A DNA stretch of 64,000 bases, taken from the human T2T-CHM13v2.0 reference genome, Homo sapiens. The DNA is taken from the NCBI RefSeq assembly GCF_009914755.1, contig NC_060932.1; one strand, 5' to 3'. Positions 1 to 13,345 of this stretch are shown here, one piece after another (position 1 is the stretch's first letter; the number at the start of each line of letters is the position of its first letter). Position numbers and translations under genes: made by a program. The notes below the pieces were generated by a model. The model ran no database searches, was not told where the DNA came from, and saw only the letters and a program-made list of their open reading frames with translations.

Positions 1-2
1 TG

Positions 3-306
<304 letters not shown>

Positions 307-432
307 GATTCTTTTAATAGTCTGTTAGATTTAATTTGCTAGTGTTATAATTTGGAATTTGAATTCATCAGAAGGATTATAATGCATGTTAGGAAGATTT
401 TTGAATAAAAATAATTATAAGAAAAATTATTT

Positions 433-648
433 GCTGGGTACAATGGCTCACGCCTGTAATACCAGCACTTTGGGAGGTTGAGGCAGGAGGATCGCTTGAG
501 ACCAGGAGTTCAAGACCAGCCTGGAAAACATAGCGGACCCTGTGTCTATAAGAAATTAAAAAATTAGCCAGGCATGGTGGCCCACCTGTAGTCCCAGTAT
601 CTCAGGAGGTTGAGGTGGAAGGATCACTTGAGCTCAGGAGTTCAAGAT
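433..648 (+). mobile_element. AluJ-type SINE, 3'-truncated
   Basis: ggctcacgcctgtaat, A-rich linker, partial right arm. Confidence 0.85.
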
Positions 649-1005
649 TATAAAAGCTTCTCTTTTCTAAGCATTCTGGTAAGAACCAGAGAATGAGAAC
701 TTCAGAATATCACAGAGATGATAGGAGAAGCTCACCAAACCCACTCATCTTGCTGATTAGGAAGAAAGTTGCTCTGAGACATTGTGACTTATGCAAGATT
801 GCACGACTTCATAGAGGCAGGCATTGGTTAATATAAGCTGCTTGTTGAGGCTCGAAAAGAAAAGAAGGGGAAAGAGTTTTGTCTTATTTCCAATGGAACA
901 TTACCTTCATTCTATGGCAGAGCGAGAAGAATGGCTGTTTGTGCAACTGTGAAAGTTTCATAAAGAAATGACGCAAGTATTCTAATAAATTAAGACATTA
1001 TTGTC

Positions 1006-1307
1006 GGCCAGGCACCGTAGCTCACGCCTGTAATCCCAGCATTTTGGGAGGCCGAGGCGGATGTTTCACCTGAGGGTGGGAGTTTGAGATCACCCTGACC
1101 AACATGGAGAAACCCCACCTCTACTAAAAATACAAAATTAGCAAGGTGTGGTGGCACATGCCTGTAATCCCAGCTACTCGGGAGGCTGAGGCAGGAGAAT
1201 CACTTGAACCTGGGAGGCAGAAGTTGTGGTGAGCCAGAGATCATGCCATTGCACTCCAGCCTGGGCAACAAAAACGAAACTCCATCTCAAAAACAAAAAC
1301 CAAAACC
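1006..1307 (+). mobile_element. AluS (Sp-like) SINE
   Basis: Full dimer with ctgaccaacatggagaaac; flanked by cattattgtc / catattgtc. Confidence 0.9.
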
Positions 1308-1593
1308 ATATTGTCATCTTCAAGGGATGAAAACCATTATTGGGCTGAATTTCCCCATATCTTTTGGTTCCAAGTGCCTCACCCTCTCTGTCTATGTAGA
1401 ACGGAAACTTGCAGAGTTTCAGCTCCTTGGACAGTTCTCCCCAGCACACACCAGAGAGGCCTTCCTGCCAAAAATGGGCTAAATGCATTACAAATGGAGA
1501 TGAAAGAAACACAGAACAAAGGAAAGAGGCTTTGAGGATATATATTTCAGAAAGTTGCCAGCTTCTAAAACAATCTGGAGCTAGCAAGATGTG

Positions 1594-1647
1594 TTAGATT
1601 GGTGCAAAAGTAATTGTGGTTTTGCCATTACTTCTGCACCAATCTAT
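1594..1647. mobile_element. MADE1 (Hsmar1-derived MITE), internally deleted
   Basis: ttagattggtgcaaaagtaattgtggtttt...gcaccaatcta matches the MADE1 inverted termini. Confidence 0.8.
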
Positions 1648-2187
1648 ATAGGACCCTGGTAGAGAAGGGGCTTCTCCTGCTTGCTGTTGGTACAGGTTCC
1701 TGCTGTTTGTCTTTTAATGTCTCTAACAGGGTCCTAAGGGTCCTGATTGACTCTGTGCTGACACTATCTACCCAACTGTCCCCTCCCTTTAGCCTCATCA
1801 GCACTCAGCTTGAGCCCTGCAGAGCAACCCAGCATAATGCCTGATGCTCAGCCCCGTACCTGACTTCACACGTGGCAAAGGTCTGTCTTCCAAGGACTGC
1901 AACAATAGGACTGAAACATCTGCTCCCTTTGGACAAGTCAGTGAGAAATTCAGCCAAACTGGTTGTTTGGTGTCACATAGCAAAACAATTGGCTAGATGA
2001 TGGATTTCTTTGCTCCCAACTCTATGTTGACACTGCCTCAGATTCTACTCTGGTGGTGCATTTTAATGAAGCCTTGCTAGAAAGAGCAACTTTATTTTTT
2101 TTAACCATTTAGGGGGCTGTTACATTTACTACTTATATGAATCCCCAAACACCCTGTGCAGCAGATAGAGCAGCTAACATTACTGTA

Positions 2188-2290
2188 ATTTAATAGATGA
2201 AACTGAAGCCCAGAGGACTTGATTGGTTGCTCTACGTCTCCTAGCTTCTTAGTGGTGGAGCTGGAGCTAGAACTCCCAGGTGTCCTGACG
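2188..2290. mobile_element. MIR fragment
   Basis: MIR core-like gatgaaactgaagcccagag...agtggtggagctgg. Confidence 0.55.
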
Positions 2291-2599
2291 TCACCTGTCG
2301 ATCTCTCCCACAATACAGCAGTGCCTGCTTCATTAGAATCTTTTCTTACATATTCTTTCTAGATAGAAAACTGTATATATTCTGATTTTAAAAGTATAAA
2401 TACTTCCAAGTCTGTGTGAATACATGCATTCAATAAATGAATGTTAAGCAAGTTGTAAATACATTTTGATGAAGAAATTCATTTACCTATAGATTTGGAG
2501 GATCAATTAAGAGAATTGAAATCCATTTTTAAATAATTTAATGGGTTTATGGAAAGACTCATATATTAAAGCAAAACCTAATCATTCATGAATTTACAA

Positions 2600-2815
2600 C
2601 TCTATTATTTAAACGTTTCATTGTGGACATTTTCAAACACATACAGGAGTAGAGGAAAGAATATAATAAACCCATCATCTCACTTCAACAATTCTCAAAA
2701 TATGGCCAATCTTCTTTTATCAGTATCCCCTATTCCCCCTACTCCTTCCCTGGATTATTTTAAAGTAAATCCCAGACATCATTTTATCATTTCATCCATT
2801 AACATTTCAATAAGT
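2600..2815 (-). mobile_element. Old L1 (L1MC-like) 3' fragment
   Basis: ttattttaaagtaaatcccagacatcat resembles an L1MC 3' UTR. Confidence 0.5.
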
Positions 2816-2818
2816 ATC

Positions 2819-3117
2819 TTTATTTATTTATTTTTTGAGACAGGGTCTTGCTCTGTTACCCAGGCTGGAGTGCAGTGATGTGATCTCGGTTCACTACAGC
2901 CTTGACCTCCCAGGCTCAGATGAGCATCCCACTTCAGCCTACCGAGTAGTTGGGCCTAGACTCATGCCACCACATCCAGCTAATTTTTTTTTAAATATAT
3001 TTTCTGTAGAGACAGGGTTTCATCATGTTGCCCAGGCATGTCTCGAACTCCTGGGCTCAAGTGATCTGCTTGACCTTCCAAGTGCTGGAATCACAGGCAT
3101 GAGCAACCAGGCCCAGC
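2819..3117 (-). mobile_element. AluJ-type SINE
   Basis: Dimer; TSD caataagtatcttta / caatatgtatcttta. Confidence 0.9.
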
Positions 3118-3200
3118 ATCAATATGTATCTTTAAAATATAAGAAGACTTTTGTTACACCTTTAAAAAGTTAACAGTAATTTTGTTGTAAAATTGGTATA

Positions 3201-6168
3201 TGATGTGGTTTGGCTCTGTGTTGCTGCCTGAATCTCACCTTGAATTGTAATAATCCCCACATGTCAACAGCAGGACCAGGTGGAGCTAATTGAATCATGG
3301 CGGGGTGGGGGCTTCCCCTATGCTGTTCTTGTGATAGTGAGTTAATTCTCACGAGATGTGATGGTTTTATAAGGGGCTTCCTGCTTTGCTCGGCACTCAT
3401 TCTCTCTGCTGCCACCCTGTGAAGAGGTGCCTTCTGCCATGATTATAACTTTCCTGAGGCCTCCCCAGCCATGTGGAAGTGTGAGTCAATTAAATCGCTT
3501 TGCTTTATAAATTACCCAGTCTTGGGTATTTCTTCACAGAAGTGTGGGAATGGGCTAATACAGTGAATTGGTAACACAGACAGTGGGGTCTGCTTTAAGT
3601 ATACCCGAAAATGTGGAAGGGACTTTGGAACTGGGTAACGGGCAGAGGCTGGAACATTTTGGAGGGCGCAGAAGAAGACAGTAAAATGTGGGAAAGCTTG
3701 GAACTTCCTAGAGACTTCTTATATGGCTTTGACCAAAATGCTGATAGTGATATGGACAATAAAGTCCAGGCTGAGATGGTCTCAGATGGACATGAGGAAC
3801 TTGTTGGGAACTGAAATAAAGGTGGTTCTTGCTGTGCTTTAGCAAAGAGACTAGCAGCATTTTGCCCCTCCCCTAGAGATCTGTGGAACTTTGAACTTGA
3901 GAGAGATGATTTAGGATATCTAGCAGAAAAAGATTTCTAAGCAGCAAAGCATTCAAGAGGAAGCAGAGCATAAAAGTTGGGAAAATTTTCAGCCTGACTA
4001 TGTGATAGAAAAAAAATTCCCATTTTCAGGGGAGAAATTCAAGCCAGCTGCAGACATTTGTATAAGTAACAAGGAGCCGATGTTAATCACAAAGACAATG
4101 GGGAAAATGTCTCCAGGGCATGTCAGATACCTTCATGGTGGCCACTCCCATCACAGGCCTGAGGCCTAAGAGAGAAAAATGGGTTTCTGGCCTGCTCTGT
4201 GCAGCCTCAGGACATGGTACCCTGCATCCCAGCCACTCTAGTCATAGCTAAAAGGGGCCAAGATACAGCTCAGACCATTGCTTCAGAAGTGCAAGCCCTA
4301 AGCCTTGGCAGCTTCCACATGGCGTTGGTCCTGCAGGTCTGCAGAAGACAAGAATTGAGGTTTGGGAACCTCCTCCTAGATTTCAGAGGATGTATGGAAA
4401 TGCCTGGATGTCCAGGCAGAAGTTTGCTGCAGGGGTGTAGCGCTCATGGAGAACCTCTGCTAGGGCAGTGCAGAAGAAAAATGTGGGGTTGGAGCCCCCC
4501 GACACAGAGTCCCCACTGGAGCACTGCCTAGTGGAGCTATGAGAACAGGGCCACTGTCCTCCAGACCCCAGAATGTTAGCTCAGCTGACAGCTTGCACCG
4601 TGTGACTGGAAAAGTTGCAGATATTCGATGCCAGCCTATGAAAGCAGCCAGGAGGGAGGCTGTATTCTGTAAAGCCACAGGGGTGGAGCTGCCCAAGACT
4701 GTGGGAACCCACCTCTTGCATCAGCATGACCTGGTGAAACAGGATAGTTCTCTGTCCCCCTCACAGGACTTGCAACAGGGGTGCAGCTTGTTTGCTCAGC
4801 CACTGCATGCTCAAACACCTTATAGGAGGGGGATCATGCAGACAGGCAGGTGCAGGAGCCAGGGCAGGCGCTTTGGGGCTCTGGCCCCATGGTAGCATCT
4901 AGGGTTGTGTTACAATTAATGCTTTTCTAGCAGTTGTCATCTGCAGACAGCTAAGTGTTAAACCAGCTCAGTGGAGAGTCAGGGTGACAGCCTTTTATGC
5001 CCTGCCCTCTTGGTACCCAGGTCCTTGTCCAGTGTCCAGGAAGAATCAGGTCATATGGACTTGAAGAATGGTGAATACAGGAATTTTATTGAGTGACTGA
5101 GGTGGTTTTCAGTGGGATGGATGGGAAGCTGGAAGAGTGATGGAGTGGGAAGTTGATCCTCCCCTGAAGTTTGGCCATCCCACAGCCGATCTCCTCTCTG
5201 ACCATCCCCAGACGAACTCCTCTTGACGTTCAGATGCTCCTCTTCTCTCCTTCTCTGCTGCTCTTCTGCTCATGGAGCCTGGGGTTTGGGATTTATATGG
5301 GTACAGGATAGGTGGGGGCATAGTGGGCCAAAAGGCAACATTGGGCATAAAACAGGAATGCCTGTTCCCATTTAGAGCCATGGGTTTCTAGGCTTGAGGA
5401 TGGGGCCTTTGCCAGGGAACTGCCCTCTTCTACGCAGTATTTCCCTGCCTCCTGTCCATATCACTGGATATGAGACATGGAGCCAAAGGAGATCATCTTG
5501 GAACTTTAAGGTTTCGTAACTGCTCTATTGGATTTTGGACTTGCATGGGGCCTGTAGCCCCTGTGTTTTGGCCAGTTTTTCCCATTTTGAATATTTATCC
5601 AATGCCTGTACCCCTATTGTATCCAGGAACTAAATAACTTGCTTTCGATTTTACAGGCTTATAGGCAGAAGGGACTTGCCTTGTCTCAGATAAGACTTTG
5701 GACTTGGACTTTTGGGTTAATGCTGGAATGAGCTAAGACTTTGGGGGACTATTGGAAAGGCTTGATTGGTTTTGAAATGTGAGGATATGAGATTTGGGAG
5801 GGGCCAGGGTGGAACGATATGGTTTGGCTCTGTGTCATTGAATCTCACCTTGAATTGTAATAATCCCCATATGTCAAGTGTAAGACCAGGGGGAGATAAT
5901 TAAATCATGACTTGGGGGAGGTCCCCTATGCTGTTCTCATGATAGTGAGTTCTCATGAGATGTGACGGTTTTATAAGGGGCTTCCCGCCTTGCTGGGCAC
6001 TCATTCTCTCTCCTGCTGCCCTGTGAAGAGGTGCCTTCTGCCATGATGGTAAGTTTCCTGAGGCCTCCCCAGCCATGTGGAACTGTGAGTCAATTAAACC
6101 AGTTTTCTTTATAAGTTACCCAGTCTTGGGTAGTTTTTTTCATAATGGTGTGAGAATAAACTAATACA
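3201..6168 (+). mobile_element. Full-length THE1 (THE1C-like) MaLR provirus
   Basis: LTRs 3201-3562 and 5815-6168, THE1 internal sequence between them, 5-bp TSD GTATA (3196-3200, 6169-6173). Confidence 0.92.
4735..5463 (-). mobile_element. MER50 solo LTR (ERV1) nested in THE1-int
   Basis: TG..CA ends; minus strand starts tgatatggacaggaggcagggaaatac; 4-bp TSD CTGG (4731-4734, 5464-5467). Confidence 0.85.
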
Positions 6169-6407
6169 GTATATAACCTGAATTTCTTAGCATGTTTATA
6201 CCACATTTAATATATATCAATATATTAACTTTTTGCACAAGTTTTGGTCTCTGAGAAGACAATGAAATGCCTACTCTTTTGATTGCACTGATTTTAGGAT
6301 GTTGGATGAGTCCAATTTGAAAAATACTTATTCATAATACCATCCTGGTGTTCAAAATTTCAAAATGTTATGTTAAAGTGAGTTGTAGGTCTCCTTTTTT
6401 CTCCCTC

Positions 6408-6662
6408 TTTTGAGTCAGGGTCTCACTCTGTTGCCCAGGCTGGAGCACAGTGGCATGATCTTGGCTCACTCCAACCTCTGTGGGATCAAGTGATCCTTCT
6501 GCCTGAGCCTCCTAAGTAGCTGCGCACAGGCACATACCACCATGCCCAGCTAATTTTTATGTTTTTCATAGAGACGGGGTTTCACCATGTTGCCCAGGCT
6601 GGTCTCAAACTCCTGAGTTCAAGCGATCCTCCCACCTTGGCTTTCCAAAGTGCTGAGATTAC
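6408..6662 (-). mobile_element. AluJ-type SINE
   Basis: Both arms present, 5' end clipped. Confidence 0.85.
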
Positions 6663-7503
6663 ACTGTGTCCTCATTGATGAGTGCTTAATGGACAATAAT
6701 ATTCTTTATGTCAGTTGGATGACACAAAGGGGAAAATGAGACTTAGCTAATTTCTATTTGGCCTAAAATGTGGTGGTTTTAGTTCTTATATCTTAGAGAT
6801 GTTTGAAGTCATAGATTAGTTCCTGATAAGGTGAGTGTCCACTTTAAAGAATGTGAGCTTCAACTAGTCGTCTTCTAGTTACCATAAGCCTCTGGATAAG
6901 GAAGGGCTGGGAGGGGAGAAAGGTGCCTAATTGTATCACAGATCCTAGTGTCAATGAAAAACAGCTCTAAACTTTTGCCTCAGATCACTAGCAATCTTTG
7001 AAAGTCAAGAATCTTTTATTTCTCTCTTGAGAAATTCCAACCCCTGGCTAAAAGAGTTTTGCTTCTAGCTATCTATGCTTATAAGGAGGAAGCAAGTTGT
7101 TTATTTACCAGATCTGAAGTTGTCCCAAGGCAATTCACTCATATGATTTTCAGAAACCTTGGATACAGAAATTTTTAAAACATAAAGTGGAAATGTACAG
7201 ACCAATTCTTTTTTGAGTATGTGCTGTCTAAGGTACAGAAATGAGCTTGTTCAGAATTCGCTTTCTAAGGATCCAGGAAGCTCTAACATGAGAGAATGTA
7301 AAAATCAAGGTTCCAGTTTAACTTGCAATTCATGATTGCTCTTCTGCTTTTGCCTTGATTATTGAAAGGAATAAAGTTTTTGAATATTGTCCTAAGGACT
7401 TTGGTTTAGAAGAGTATTAATCAGCTTTTCCTTTCCACCATTTGTGTTAAGCTTCAACAGTAGAGTACATTTGGATGCTACCCTGAACTTTTCAACTTTT
7501 CTT

Positions 7504-7668
7504 TCTTTCTCTTCCCTTCTTCTTTCTTTTTCTTTTTCCCTCCCTCCCTCCCTTCCCCTTCCTCCCTCTTTATTTTTCTCTTTCTTTTCTCCTTCCCTCC
7601 TTCCTTCTTTCTTTTCTTTTCTTTCTTTTCTTCTTTTCTTTTCTTCTTCTCTTTTCTTTTCTTCATTT
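7504..7668. repeat. CT-rich low-complexity tract (decayed Alu tail)
   Basis: Almost pure pyrimidine (TTTC/TCCC)n abutting an Alu 3' end. Confidence 0.85.
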
Positions 7669-8103
<435 letters not shown>

Positions 8104-8113
8104 TCAATTTTTC

Positions 8114-8792
8114 ATTTTTTCTTTTATTTTTTTCCTTTTTATTTTTTACTGTTGATTTATTACAAGTCCCCAGGGCTTTATCTTTATTTTTTTTCAATAT
8201 CCTGTTCTTCAGCTTCCTTGGTTCTTTTTACCCATATGCAGAAGAGCTGGGCATTTGTGCAGGCCACGTGGAGACTAGCAAAGGCCTTGGAGTTCTTCCC
8301 TTCCTCAGTGATGCCTCGGGCTTTCTCCTTCTTATAGACATTCTGGACAGGCATAAGTAGTCCTGTCAGCTACTGGGGCAATTTCAGTTCTTCAGCAGAA
8401 CTGTCTCCCTTCTTGGGGGCCAAGGGCTTCCTGGGGAAGAGGATGAGTTTGGAGTGGCACTCCATCAGCACTGCACATTGGCTTGCAGGGACTCGGTGGA
8501 CTTGTTTTGCCTTCTCGGATCCACAGAGATGTCAGTGTTCTGTGCCACCTTCTTGTGAATACCAACCACCCTTAACTCCTCCATGCTGAAGCCCTGGCCA
8601 GCGTGTACTTTGGTGTGATACCTCACCATGCAGCACCTTACTATGGGCTGGATGGGTCCAGACGTGGTTGAACCATGTAGCCACACACCACTGCCAGTGC
8701 TTGTTGAAGTGGGACTTGAAGATCATGCCTTTCCTGCTGGGCTCCATGGCTGACTATGGCCCTCCTGTGCAAGAAAACAGCTGAGTGGAAAG
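8114..8792 (-). pseudogene. RPL13P: Processed pseudogene of 60S ribosomal protein L13 (eL13)
   Basis: Intronless; 5' TOP-like ctttcc; ATG at 8747 [27 protein letters not shown]; then [18 protein letters not shown]...[12 protein letters not shown]; ends EQDIEKK* (8184); AATAAA 8156-8161; poly-A; frameshift and stops. Pseudogene number not assignable. Confidence 0.95.
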
Positions 8793-9148
8793 GGCTCAAC
8801 TTTTCTTAAATGACAAAGAAGAAAGAGAATTTAACTGCAGTTTGCTGTTTTTAGTAGCCTGGTATCCTGGCAATTTACACCAGCTATTTGAGGTTGAACC
8901 TTACTACTTACCAGTCAGAGTTGTTGATTAAGAGGAAAGAAAATAAAGTAACACATAGAAAGTTCAATAAATACATGAGACTTAGGAGCATTAGAAATTT
9001 GAAGATAGGCACTAACTGGGAATAAATTTGAAAAGGGATAATTACTTATAATACTCAGAGCAAGAAAGAGTAGAAATGACAATACGTTTTCCCAGTAATA
9101 TCAACAATCAACACTATTTTTTATCATAGTAGTAAAAAAAAAGTTTAG

Positions 9149-9442
9149 TTTTTTTTTTAGACAGAGTCTTGCTCTGTTGCCCAGGCTGGAGTGCAGTGGC
9201 GCAATCTTGGCTCACTGCAACCTCCACCTCCTGGGTTCAAATGATTCTCTTGCCTCAGCCTCCTGAGTAGGTGGGATTACAGGCACGTGCCACCACACCT
9301 GGCTAATTTTTGCATTTTTGGTAGAGACGGGGTTTCACCATGTTGGCCAGGCTGATCTTGAACTCCTCCTGACCTCAAGTGATCCACGCTCCTTGGCCTC
9401 CCAAAGTGCTGAGATTACAGGCATGAGCCACCATGCCCAGCC
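9149..9442 (-). mobile_element. AluS-type SINE
   Basis: Full dimer. Confidence 0.9.
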
Positions 9443-9467
9443 GAAAGTTCTGATCTTATGCTGTTAA

Positions 9468-10264
9468 TTTTTTTTTATTATACTTTAAGTTTTAGGGTAC
9501 ATGTGCACAACGTGCAGACTAGTTACATATGTATACATGTGCCATGTTGGTGTGCTGCACCCATTAACTTGTCATTTAACATTAGGTATATCTCCTAATG
9601 CTATCCCTCCCCCCGCCCCCCACCCCACAATAGGCCCCGGTGTGTGATGTTCCCCTTCCTGTGTCCATGTGTTCTCATTGTTCAATTCCCACCTATGAGT
9701 GAGAACATGCAGTGTTTGGTTTTTTGTTCTTGCAATAGCTTGCTGAGAATGATGGTTTCCGGCTTCATCCATGTCCCTACAAAGGACATGAACTCATCAT
9801 TTTTTATGGCTGCATAGTATTCCATGGCGTATATGTGCCACATTTTCTTAATCCAGTCTATCATTGTTGGACATTTGGGTTGGTTCCAAGTCTTTGCTAT
9901 TGTGAATAGTGCCGCAATAAATATACGTGTGCATGTGTCTTTATAGCAGCATGATTTATAATCCTTTGGGTATGTACCCAGCAATGGGATGGCTGGGTCA
10001 AATGGTATTTCTAATTCTAGATCCCTGAGGAATCGCCACACTGACTTCCACAATGGCTGAACTAGTTTACAGTCCCAGCAACAGTGTAAAAGTGTTCCTA
10101 TTTCTCCACATCCTCTCCAGCACCTGTTGTTTCCTGACTTTTTAATGATCGCCATTCTAACTGGTGTAAGATGGTATCTCATTGTGGTTTTGATTTGCAT
10201 TTCTCTGATGGCCAGGGATGGTGAGCATTTTTTCATGTGTCTTTTGGCTGCATGAATGTCTTCT
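9468..10264 (-). mobile_element. L1PA (primate L1) 3' end, 5'-truncated
   Basis: ORF2 C-terminus ...[26 protein letters not shown]...[10 protein letters not shown]-rich 3' UTR and poly-A. Confidence 0.95.
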
Positions 10265-10451
10265 TTATTTTTTAAAAAAATTCAAACCCACAGTAGCTTT
10301 TTATCTACCCCAGTGCTGACAATGAGCCCAGAAATGATCAACATTTCAGGAAGGTCCTGCAAGAATTGCTTGAAGAACAATTGATTCTATTCATATTCTT
10401 TTCTTTATTCCTGTTCATAAACTTACATGGACCTATGGAGCAACAAGTGAA

Positions 10452-10746
10452 TTTTTGTTTTTTGAGACAGGGTCTCACTCTGTCACCTAGGCTGGAGTGT
10501 AGTGGCATGATCATGGCTCACTGCAGCCTTGACTTCCCGGGCTCCAGCGATCCTCTCACGTCAGCCTCCTGAATAGCTGGGACCACAGGTGTGCACCACC
10601 ACACCTGGCTAATTTTTGTATTTTTTGTGGAGATGAGGTTTCACCGTGTTGCCCAGACTGGTCTCAAACTTCTAAGCTCCCATGATTCACCTGCCTCAGC
10701 CTCCCACAGTGTTGGGATTATAAGCATGAGCCACTGTAGCCAGGCC
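10452..10746 (-). mobile_element. AluJ-type SINE
   Basis: Full dimer. Confidence 0.9.
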
Positions 10747-11861
10747 CTATTTGTGAAATATTGATGAGCATTTGAGTTGTTTTGAGTTTTGAGCTATCTT
10801 GAATAGTCCTGTTATAAACACTTGTACATGACTTTTGGTGTACATATAAGCATCTCTTGGCTATACATAAAAAATAGAGGGTTTGGGTAAGTTCAACTTC
10901 AGTAGATATTATCAAACACTTTTCCAACATTGTTACAAATGTGCGCTTCCACCAACAGTGTCTGAGAGTCCAAATTGCTTTGCATTCTTGCCTAAATTTG
11001 ATATTGTGGTCTTATTATTAATGTTAGCTATTCTGGTGGGGTACAGTGATTCAAATTTGCATTTTGGTTTTAATTGGCATTGTCCTGGTGATTAATAAAG
11101 TCGAGCAGCCTGTCATATGATTGATGATTTTTTTTGAGTGTCCTCTTTTATGAAATGCCAATTTAAGTCTTTTGCCCATTTTTCTATTGGGTTGTCTGCT
11201 TCTTTTCTATTAATTTGTAGAAATGTTTCATATACGATAGTTATGATTCATTTGTTATATATAGGTATTACAAATATCTTTTTCTACTTGGTAGCTTTCT
11301 TTTTCACTTTTTTTTGGCATTGTAGCCTTTTCACTCTTGTTTTGTTTCTTGTTTTGTCTCTTAGTCTTGGAACTATTAATGCCTTTTGATGAACACTGGT
11401 TTTTATTTCAATGTAGTTCAATTTATCAATCTTTACTTTTATGGTTAATGCTTCTTATGTCCTGTTTAAGAAATCACTGCCTGCCTCAAACTCACAAGAA
11501 TATTTTTTATGTCTTCTTTCTAGATGTGTTATTGTTTTATATTTAGGATTAAAATTCATCTAGTGTTAATTTTGTGTGTGGTGAGAGATAAGTTTCAAAT
11601 TTTATTTTCATACAATATGGATATTGGTGAACCCAGCTGCATTTGAAAAGACCATTCTTTCCCTCATGGCACTATAGTGGTTCTATTTCTGAACTATATA
11701 TTCTGTTCCATTGGTCTATTTGTCCATCTCTGTATTAATAATATGTCTCAATTATATTAGTTTTATAATAAGTCCTTCAACTTTGCTCTTCTTCACCATT
11801 GTCTTGACTATTCTTGGTCCACTGAACTTCCACATAAATTTTAGAATCAGCTAATCAGTTT

Positions 11862-12238
11862 CCCTCCCCTCCCCTCCCCTCCCCTGCCCTCCCCTCCCCT
11901 CCCTTCCTCCTTCCCTCCCTCCCTCCCTCCCTTCCTTCGTTCCTTCCTTTTTTTGAAACAGAATCTTGCTCTGTCACCTAGGCTGGAGTGCAGTAGTGCA
12001 ATCGTGACTTACTACACCCTTAACCTCTGAGGTTCAAGTGATCCTTCCACCTCAGCCTCCCAAGTAGCTGGGACTATTGGTGCCCACCAACAGACCTGGC
12101 TAATTTTTTTTTTTGTATTTTTTGTAGATACAGGGTTTCACCATGTTGCCCAGGCTAGTCTCAAACTCCTGGGCTCAAGCGATCCTCCTGCCTGGCCTCT
12201 CAAAGTGTGGGGATTACAGGTGTGAATATCTGTGCCCT
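11862..12238 (-). mobile_element. AluJ SINE with (CCCCT)/(TTCC)n tail
   Basis: TSD gctaatcagttt at 11850-11861 and 12239-12250 encloses both microsatellite and Alu. Confidence 0.9.
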
Positions 12239-12381
12239 GCTAATCAGTTTTTTATTTTTTAAAAGAACTTGCTGAGATGTGTATTGGATTTATGGTAAAT
12301 CTCTAGACTAATTTGGGAAGATTGACATTTTTACAATATCACATCATCTAATCTACAAACATTGCATTTTAGCTGTATTGA

Positions 12382-12740
<359 letters not shown>

Positions 12741-12947
12741 TCTCTCTTTTTTTTAATTTTAAAAATTAACAACAACAACGAAAACCCCATATTCTTCTAT
12801 TCCTAGCTTGCTAAGCTTTTTTATCATGGGTTGGTATAGAGGGAAACTTTTATTCTATGTCCACCTTTCTTAGTCTGGGCTATGCCTAACTACTCTGCAG
12901 TTGAGATTAAATATTATTTTTAAGATCAAAAAACCCTTAAATTTTTA

Positions 12948-13211
12948 TTTATTTATTTATTTTTTATTATTATACTTTAAGTTTTAGGGTACATGTGCAC
13001 AACATGCAGATTTGTTACATATGTATACATGTGCCATGTTGGTGTGCTGCACCCATTAACTTGTCATTTAACATTAGGTATATCTCCTAATTCTATCCCT
13101 CCCCCCTCCCCCCACCCCACCACAGGCCCCGGTGTGTGACGTTCCCCTTCCGGTGTCTATGTGTTCTCCTTGTTCAATTCCTACCTATGAGTGAGAACAT
13201 GCAGTGTTTGG
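12948..13211 (-). mobile_element. Short L1PA 3' end
   Basis: L1PA 3' UTR; 19-bp TSD aaaaacccttaaattttta at 12929-12947 and 13212-13230. Confidence 0.95.
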
Positions 13212-13345
13212 AAAAACCCTTAAATTTTTATAATGCATTCTCATGAGAGGTTTGAAGTATTCTATTATCTCCATTCAGTTTACTTATCTGTAAAATGATG
13301 ATTATTGTATTCACCACAGTGCTGTTGGGAGATGAAATAACTTAT

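Noticed and set aside
9682-10236. 184-aa ORF as a gene
   Set aside because: It is the C-terminus of L1 ORF2 in a 5'-truncated copy with no promoter.
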